Shown one piece after another: positions 57,535-64,000 of a DNA stretch of 64,000 bases. Every line of letters starts with the position of its first letter. Position 1 is the stretch's first letter. A program made the translations under genes and the position numbers. Source of the stretch: Acidobacteriota bacterium (GTDB taxonomy: Bacteria > Acidobacteriota > Blastocatellia > RBC074); the NCBI GenBank assembly GCA_016196035.1, contig JACPYM010000070.1:3334-67333 (forward strand). Reading direction: 5' to 3'. The notes under the pieces were generated by a model that saw nothing but the letters and a program-made list of their open reading frames with translations, did no database searches and was not told the origin of the DNA.

Positions 57535-59139
57535 TCAACCGCGCACCAGGTAATTGCGCATCATCCCCGCGTCCTCGTGTTCCAGGTTGTGGCAGTGATA
57601 AACGTACTTGCCGGTGAAATCCTCGAAGCGCATTAACAGCCTGATGCGCTCGCCCGGCATCAGCATCACAGTGTCTTTCCAGCCTTCGTCCACATATCCG
57701 TACCGCACGGTTTCATAACCTGCGATACCGCCCTGCCGTTCGAGCACCTGAAATTGCAGTCCGTGAATGTGTAGCGGATGAACCATGCTCATCCCCATCA
57801 TCCCGCCAGTCGGGCCGCCGGTAGAATTGTTGACCAGTTCCCACACCTCGGTGGTATTGAGTTGGACGACTTCATTAGCGGCGACTTCGTCTTGATTGTA
57901 AGGACGCCCGTTGAGCAGCCAGCGCATACCGCCGCTCATCATCCCGAACGTGACGGCAAAACTGCGCGGCGCAGCACGATTGACCGCGTCTTCCAGACGA
58001 TAGCGGTTGATCGTCGAGAGCCGCGCGGGCAATACACCGGATTCGCGCGCGCCGCCTGTCACACGCACCTTCAGCACCGTGAACGCCGCGCCGTTCGGCA
58101 AGGCCTGCGCGCCGCCCATTCCCGCGTTCACGCCGCTGAACGGCAGACTGCGCAACTGCAATTCTTCGTTTACTTCGCGCGAACTGAAATCAGCCCACAA
58201 TTCCACGCGTTCGCCCGGCACCAGCATCACGTACTCGCGCTCGACCGGGCGTTCGAGCAAACCGCCATCCGTGCCGATCACTTGCAACGGCGCGCCATCG
58301 CTCCAGGCCAATTTATAGACGCGTGAATTCGAGCCGTTGAGTAAGCGCAACCGGTACGCACGCCGCGTCACTGCCAACATGAAATCGGGCCGCCCGTTGA
58401 CCAAGATGCGGTCGCCCAGGAAGCCTTCCATGCCCGTGTTCACCGAGTAAACAAATTGATTGTCCGCGTCAATCAGCCGGTCTTGCAGCACCAGCGGCAC
58501 CTCTGCGCTGCCCGCAGGCAACCCGACGGCGGCCTCTTCTTCGTCAGTAACAATGAACAGCCCGGCCAGCCCGTGATAAACCTGCCGCGCCGTGCGCCCA
58601 TCGGGATGCGGGTGAAACCAATAGGTGCCCGCGCGATTCAGCACGTCGAACTCGTAGACATAACTTTGCCCCGGTGCAACCAACAAGCTTGGGTGCGCGT
58701 CCGCCTCTGGCGGCACGTGCAAGCCGTGCCAGTGCATTACCGTCGCTTCGGGCAATAGGTTGGTGAAATGGATGCGCACGCGCTGGCCGCGCCGCAGACG
58801 AATGATCGGGCCGAGATAGCTATATGGCGCGCTGCCCCGGCGCGGTGGCGCTTGACTCAACAGATTGGGGTAACGGACGGGATAGCCACGCGCCGGCGCT
58901 TGCAACGGTTGCAAGCTGAGCGGGTCGCCCGCTAAAACTTCGCCTTGGTACCCCCAAACGCGTGTCGCCGGGCCGGGCCAGAGCGGCACTTCCAACAGTG
59001 TCGCCCGCAACATCAGTTCCACATCCACGGCTGAGGCTGTAACCGGCGCAGTGGCCGCCTTGCTCAGCACTCCTACCGCGCCGTACCCGGCCACTTGCAA
59101 AAAACTGCGTCTGGGCAGATTTCCCCATTTGTTCAGCAT
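57535..59139 (-). CDS. Tat-exported multicopper oxidase (CueO/bilirubin oxidase-like)
   Basis: PRRSFL Tat motif; HWHG, WFHPH, HPLHIHG and HCHNLEHEDAGMM Cu ligands; Met-rich loops. Confidence 0.95.
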   Translation of the reverse strand: MLNKWGNLPRRSFLQVAGYGAVGVLSKAATAPVTASAVDVELMLRATLLEVPLWPGPATRVWGYQGEVLAGDPLSLQPLQAPARGYPVRYPNLLSQAPPRRGSAPYSYLGPIIRLRRGQRVRIHFTNLLPEATVMHWHGLHVPPEADAHPSLLVAPGQSYVYEFDVLNRAGTYWFHPHPDGRTARQVYHGLAGLFIVTDEEEAAVGLPAGSAEVPLVLQDRLIDADNQFVYSVNTGMEGFLGDRILVNGRPDFMLAVTRRAYRLRLLNGSNSRVYKLAWSDGAPLQVIGTDGGLLERPVEREYVMLVPGERVELWADFSSREVNEELQLRSLPFSGVNAGMGGAQALPNGAAFTVLKVRVTGGARESGVLPARLSTINRYRLEDAVNRAAPRSFAVTFGMMSGGMRWLLNGRPYNQDEVAANEVVQLNTTEVWELVNNSTGGPTGGMMGMSMVHPLHIHGLQFQVLERQGGIAGYETVRYGYVDEGWKDTVMLMPGERIRLLMRFEDFTGKYVYHCHNLEHEDAGMMRNYLVRG

Positions 59140-59182
59140 AACGGTCTCCTCGGCAATTGCACCGCAAGACCTGTTCCTCGTT

Positions 59183-60400
59183 TCAATCAGGCAGCGACAT
59201 TGTTGCGGTCAACACCTGCGCGCCCGTCCAAGCGAACACCAGCGTCTGGCCCGTGCGCGCCATTTGCGGGAAGCCGTTTGAACGCGCCGCGCCCGCAGTC
59301 GAAACGGTGACTGCTTCGCCACGTTTGCCAGCAATATCTGCGGGCCAGACGCGCCGCACGCGCACCGCGCCGCCCTCTGGTAATTTTTCCAGCCAGCACA
59401 CCAACGCGCTGCCGTCAGCCAGCAACAACGTTTCGACACGGCCCGCCGGATTACCATCGTCAATCGTGAGCGGCGCGCCAAAACTCGCACCGGCGTCGTT
59501 GCTGAACGCCAGCTTCACGCGTGGTTGATTGTTGACGGCGGTGAACCAGGCCACTGCCACGCGCCGCCCCGCCGCCGCGACCGCAGGGCCGTTGACCGGA
59601 CAGCCGTTGATTTGCCAGTTGTCAGCGCCGACCGTGCGCGGCTGGCTCCACTGGCCGTTTACCAGCCGCACAATCGAAATGTCGCGCGTTTCATTGTCTG
59701 AGCGATCCCGATAAACGACCACCGGCCCAGCTTCGGTCATCGCCGCCGAAGTCTGGCAGCATTCACACACGCGCGCGTCCAGCACGGCTTCATCGGTCAG
59801 CGTGCCGTCGCGTTTGATCTTCACGTAGCGCAACGTCATGTCGCCGCCTCCGTGATCATGCTCACTTGCGCCCGGTTTCATCTCGCGCCCATCCAGCCAG
59901 ACCGCCGCCAAATTGCCATCGCGCGCGGCAAAGAGCGAAACAAAGCCATGCTCCGCCAGCTTGCCATCGCGGTGCGGCACAAACGGCTTGCCCCAGGTCT
60001 GGCCGCCATCGAATGAACGCGCGATGGTCACTGCGTAATCGAAAGTGCCCGGCCCATTCTTGACCAGCCAATGCGCCGCCAGCGTTCCATCCGGCAACAC
60101 GATCAACGACGGGAAGTCGGCCCAGTTGACGAACCAGTTCGCGCCCTCGGCAATCACGCGCGGCGCTGACCAGGCATCTTTTTCGCGCACGGCAAAGCGC
60201 AATGAAAAGCGCCCGCCGCCCAGCTTTTCGATCCAGCTCAAATACACGCGACCATCACGCGCGACCGCCAGATTGGGCTGTCCGCTGCCCGGCCCGGCAG
60301 GCGCAGGCAATTCGCGCACTTGGGCGAAACTGGCCGTGGTGGCGAATACCAATAAAAACAGGCTGGCAAACAGTTTGAACAAACCGGTGCGCTTCATCAT
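59183..60400 (-). CDS. Secreted BNR/Asp-box (sialidase-fold) protein with Cys motifs
   Basis: GAGGAG RBS; signal peptide; SFDGGQTW and SNDAGASF Asp-boxes; VCECCQT, GCPVNGP and EHDH. Confidence 0.85.
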   Translation of the reverse strand: MMKRTGLFKLFASLFLLVFATTASFAQVRELPAPAGPGSGQPNLAVARDGRVYLSWIEKLGGGRFSLRFAVREKDAWSAPRVIAEGANWFVNWADFPSLIVLPDGTLAAHWLVKNGPGTFDYAVTIARSFDGGQTWGKPFVPHRDGKLAEHGFVSLFAARDGNLAAVWLDGREMKPGASEHDHGGGDMTLRYVKIKRDGTLTDEAVLDARVCECCQTSAAMTEAGPVVVYRDRSDNETRDISIVRLVNGQWSQPRTVGADNWQINGCPVNGPAVAAAGRRVAVAWFTAVNNQPRVKLAFSNDAGASFGAPLTIDDGNPAGRVETLLLADGSALVCWLEKLPEGGAVRVRRVWPADIAGKRGEAVTVSTAGAARSNGFPQMARTGQTLVFAWTGAQVLTATMSLPD

Positions 60401-60432
60401 CGCTCCTCTTAAACAATCGAAACTGGTGTAAC

Positions 60433-60556
60433 CCTGGGTACGCACCGCTTCCAGCGTGCAGGCTGGGCGTCAGACGCGATAATGCCGGAGGCAGTTCCTG
60501 TCAGCATTCGTCTGTCTCATGCCCAGCCTGCACGCTGGAAGCGGTGCGTACCCAGG
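60433..60556. repeat. REP-like inverted pair
   Basis: 36-bp perfect arms CCTGGGTACGCACCGCTTCCAGCGTGCAGGCTGGGC / reverse complement. Confidence 0.92.
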
Positions 60557-60558
60557 AT

Positions 60559-61716
60559 TCAATAGATGATTTGAAATTCGCCATTGGGCAAGGCCACCGC
60601 CGTCGCCAAGCCCCACACTGGTACGCCCTCGGCGCTACCTCTTTCAGCCGCCGGATTGCCTGCGCGGTCGTAAAGCTGCCAGGCCAGCGAGCCGCCGCGC
60701 TTCCAGCCCGTGCCTTCCGTCCAGACCAACAAGGTTTCGCCGCGCGCGTTGACCGTGATGGCGGGATGTTTGCGCTTGCCGGTCGTAGCAGGCGCAGCAA
60801 CGCTGGTTGGACGTTGCGCGAGTTTGGCGTCTAACGCGGCGAATTGCACCTGCCCGTTGTTTTCCCAAGCGGCGAGGGGTTGCGCAGCGTTGGTCATGGT
60901 CACGCTGCTCATCGGACACGTCGTCAGCGTCCAATCATCCAGGCGTTGGCCGCGAAAGCGTTGGCCGCGATCTTGCGAAACCAGCATGTACATACCGCGT
61001 TCGGTCATTTTCGTGGCCGTGCGATAGAGCAGATAGACCGCGCCCGCTTGATCCGCAAAGGCGCGCATACCGCAACACGCGCAAGCGCCGGTCTGGTCCG
61101 GGTCTACGGCTGTCTCGCGCGCAAAGCTCTGGCCGTCATCGGTCGAACGCGCCAGCCAGACGCGCCGGTATTCTTCGCCTTTTTGTGCGCCCGCGCCGTG
61201 CCACGCGACATAGACATTGCCCGCGCCATCCGCCGCGATGGTGCCGCCGCCATCCAGCGCGTGACTCTGTTGCATCAGATTGCGCTGCGGTTCAAAGGCC
61301 GTGCCCGCGTCGTTCAGCCGCGCGTAAAGCAACGGCGCTTCAAACGTGCCCTGGCTGGCGGTTTTTTGCGAACCGTTCCAGACGACATGCACGCGCCCGC
61401 GTTTGCCCAGCGCGAGTTGCGCGCCGCGAATCGTGCCTGTGGCAACGGCGCTGCCCGGCTGGCTGTTGACGCGCAGGGGCGCGCTGAATTCGGTCTGGCC
61501 CACCGCGCGTTTGACATACAGCACGTCGCTCGCGCCAGGCTCGCCCGTCAGGTAAATCAGATGCAGCGTGCCGCGCTCATCCGGCAGCGCCTGCGGTTGC
61601 ACGCCGCTGCCGGGGGCGTGCAACAACGTGACGCGGTTGGCGGATTGTGCGGCGAGCGCGCCACTGAGCAAAACCGCCGCAACCAGGGTGAGACAAATCG
61701 AGCGAATTGGTTTCAT
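60559..61716 (-). CDS. Secreted BNR/Asp-box (sialidase-fold) protein with Cys motifs
   Basis: Signal peptide; STDDGQSF and SQDRGQRF Asp-boxes; ACACCGM and TCPMSS. Confidence 0.85.
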   Translation of the reverse strand: MKPIRSICLTLVAAVLLSGALAAQSANRVTLLHAPGSGVQPQALPDERGTLHLIYLTGEPGASDVLYVKRAVGQTEFSAPLRVNSQPGSAVATGTIRGAQLALGKRGRVHVVWNGSQKTASQGTFEAPLLYARLNDAGTAFEPQRNLMQQSHALDGGGTIAADGAGNVYVAWHGAGAQKGEEYRRVWLARSTDDGQSFARETAVDPDQTGACACCGMRAFADQAGAVYLLYRTATKMTERGMYMLVSQDRGQRFRGQRLDDWTLTTCPMSSVTMTNAAQPLAAWENNGQVQFAALDAKLAQRPTSVAAPATTGKRKHPAITVNARGETLLVWTEGTGWKRGGSLAWQLYDRAGNPAAERGSAEGVPVWGLATAVALPNGEFQIIY

Positions 61717-61723
61717 AGCTTCC

Positions 61724-61755
61724 TTTCAATCTTTCAACCTCTCAATCTTTCAACC
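61724..61755 (+). repeat. Octamer tandem repeat x4
   Basis: TTTCAATC-TTTCAACC-TCTCAATC-TTTCAACC. Confidence 0.8.
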
Positions 61756-61867
61756 GGGGAAATTTCAACGCCAGCTTGCGCAGCCGCCGCGCATTCGTAA
61801 TCACCGACACCGAGCTAAACGTCATCGCCGCGCTGGCAATCAGCGGGCTGAGCAGCAAGCCAAAGAG
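61742..61867 (-). pseudogene. copA: 3' remnant of a P1B-type heavy-metal (Cu) ATPase
   Basis: Manual translation [34 protein letters not shown] matches the last TM helix with the MxxSS motif; the rest of the gene is absent. Confidence 0.8.
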
Positions 61868-61879
61868 ATGCCGCGCCGC

Positions 61880-61929
61880 GAAAACAAAGCGCCGGTGAAC
61901 GCCGCAAATCGCAAACGGCGTTCACCGGC
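61880..61929 (-). terminator. Intrinsic terminator of the TonB-dependent receptor gene
   Basis: 14-bp stem GCCGGTGAACGCCG/CGGCGTTCACCGGC followed on the minus strand by GCTTTGTTTTC. Confidence 0.75.
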
Positions 61930-61948
61930 AGCAACATTCAAAGACGAC

Positions 61949-64000
61949 TTAGAACGTAAACCGCAACATGAATTGAATCCAGCGCGGCGTGTTCCATTGC
62001 GTCGTGACTTTGCCGAAGTTCGAACTGGTGATGTCGTTGTTCGGCACATCCCACAACACGTGATTGAACGCGTTGAGCAGATCCAGGCGGAACTCAAGCT
62101 GTTTCTTTTCCGCCACGGTGAAGCGGCGGACCAGATTCATATCAATGTTGTTCTTGCCATCGCTGCGCAACCAGTTCAGCCGCGTGGGGAAGACGCGCGT
62201 GTGAAACGAGTTCGGCTGGAAGTTGGTCGGGATCACGTTTTCATAGGTGCAAGCCACGTTATTTCCTGAACCGCAAATGTTGCCCATCTGCGTCAGCACG
62301 GCTTGCGGCACCAGCCCGCGAATGCGCGTTTCGTAGGCCGCCCGGTTTGCCGCGCTGTAATCACGCGTCGCGCCGGGGAAGAGCTGCCAGTTAAACCAGG
62401 CGTCCACGGTCTGGTCTTTGGTGTCTTTGGCTGCCGCGCGCAGGTCGTTGCCATAATAAAACCAATTGCCCAGATCGTAAGCGCGCCCGCTCATCTTGTT
62501 GTAAATGCCGCCGACCTGCCAGCCGCCCCACCAGCGCGCCCAGCCATTTGTTACCAGACAGCAATTTCTTGCCTTTGCCGAACGGCAGTTCATAGATGAA
62601 GTTGACGTTCAGGTTGTGCGGCGCCGAGTTATTGGTCGGTCGCCAGCGCAACTCTTCGTCAAATTCATTCTCGCGCACCACGCGTTCGATATTCGATGAC
62701 CAGAGGTACGACGCCTGGAACAAATAGCCGTTGGAGAACCGCTTGGTCAGCGTGGCTTCGAGATGGTTGTAAACCTGCTCGCCGCCGGGGTCGCGCCCGT
62801 TCACCAGATTCGCGCCGTTCGGATAGGGCCGCAACAGCGTGGCTTTGCCGATGGTGGTGTTGGTGAAAAAGCTGTTGGTGAGCATGTCGGCATAAATCAC
62901 CGGCAGCGAGGTGCGCAACGCGGCAAAGTTGTTAATGTTGAACGGATTGGTCAGCGTCGAATTCAGATCGTTGGCCAGCGCGTTGTTGCGAATCAGCCCC
63001 GTCGCCCAATACTTGCCCGGCAGCGCGTCAATGCGTTTGCTGACCTGGATGTGATCGGTGCGCGAACCGAGCATGGCGATTTCGGCCACCATCGAATGCC
63101 CGATTTGACGCTGCACGCCGAGGCGGAAGCGCTGTTGCCGCGCGCGCTCCCAGTTGTAATCCAGGTAAGTATTGAGGCCGCGTCCGGTGAGCGCCATCAC
63201 GCCCAAGGCATTGCCCAGCGGCACATCGAAGCGCGTCCCATCGGCGCGCACCGGAAACGGATCGGCCAACAACGTTGTGCAAGCCGTCAGGCTGGCACGA
63301 CAAGCCGCCGCAGTCAGGTTGGTGCCAAGAAAGGTCAGGCCGTTGTCGTTGGTGATCGTCGTACTGGTGCCGCGGCTGTAACCGGTCTGGTTCAAACCGT
63401 CATTCAGCACGTTGTTCGTGTCGAAGAACATGCCCCAGCCGCCGCGCAACACGGTCTTGTCGTTGAGTTGATAGGCGAACCCGAAACGCGGCATCCAACC
63501 CGGCTGCGCTTTGTTGACCGTGTCGGGCGCGCCGTCTTTGCCCAGGAAGGTCGTGCCGCCTTTGACGATAAAATCGCTGGCCGGACGCAACGCCAAGAGG
63601 GAAGCGGGCAAGGTGGCGTAAGCCGCCTGCGCGCCCGCCGCAATCGGCAATTGTGCGTTGAGGTCAAAGCCGGTCAAACCGCGATTGAAACGTTCGCGGA
63701 AACCGCCTTCGAGTTCATAGCGCAAGCCCAGGTTGACTGTCAGCTTGCGGCTCAGCTTCCAATCGTCCTGCACATAGCCGGAGTAAAACTTGTTCCAGAG
63801 ATACAAGTCGTCGTTCGTGCTGATCGAAGCGTTGGTCGGCACGCCTAACATGAACGCCGCCCATTCCAACCCGATGGTGCCGGCGTTGGTCGTGTTCTGC
63901 GCCTGCCGCACATAGTTGTTGAAGAATTGGAAATTGCCCGAACTGTTGCCAGGGCCGTTCGACGCGCGCCAGTTTTCGCGCAAGTCCACGCCGAAACGCA
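61949..64000 (-). CDS. TonB-dependent receptor (Oar-like), 5' end outside the window, frameshifted at ~62527
   Basis: YVQDDWKLSRKLTVNLGLRYE and YELPFGKG in one frame; GGWQVGG...PRWIQFMLRFTF in another; one extra G in GTGGGGCGGCTGG. Confidence 0.88.

Overview
Bacterial chromosomal window, probably from an acidobacterium (inferred from Oar-type TonB-dependent receptors, DUF1549/1553-DUF1501 and DUF1080 genes). All called genes except one are on the minus strand. Left: VOC protein, DUF3598, DUF1080, a TonB-dependent receptor with a long structured leader, a TPR protein, and a BON/OmpA gene paired with a very long membrane-anchored coiled-coil protein ending in a HhH domain. Centre (12.9-49.5 kb): a ~36.6 kb mosaic surface-polysaccharide cluster. 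It has wzm/wzt plus a Wzy-like protein, 13 glycosyltransferases, 5 methyltransferases, acyl-, acetyl-, amino- and carbamoyltransferases, AsnB, WecA with an extra domain, a nucleotidyltransferase and a pseudogene at an apparent cassette junction. Right: an RlmI-like methyltransferase, DUF1549/1553-DUF1501, and a probable copper locus (copA 3' remnant, two Cys-motif BNR propellers, Tat multicopper oxidase, Cys-rich leader-like ORF, His/Met-rich secreted protein) behind a frameshifted TonB-dependent receptor. Three promoterless DUF4258 toxin-antitoxin-like pairs sit inside operons. Intergenic DNA carries many different palindromic REP/MITE-like elements, some nested. I found no rRNA, tRNA, CRISPR array or transposase. 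Family assignments come from motif recognition by eye, not database searches.
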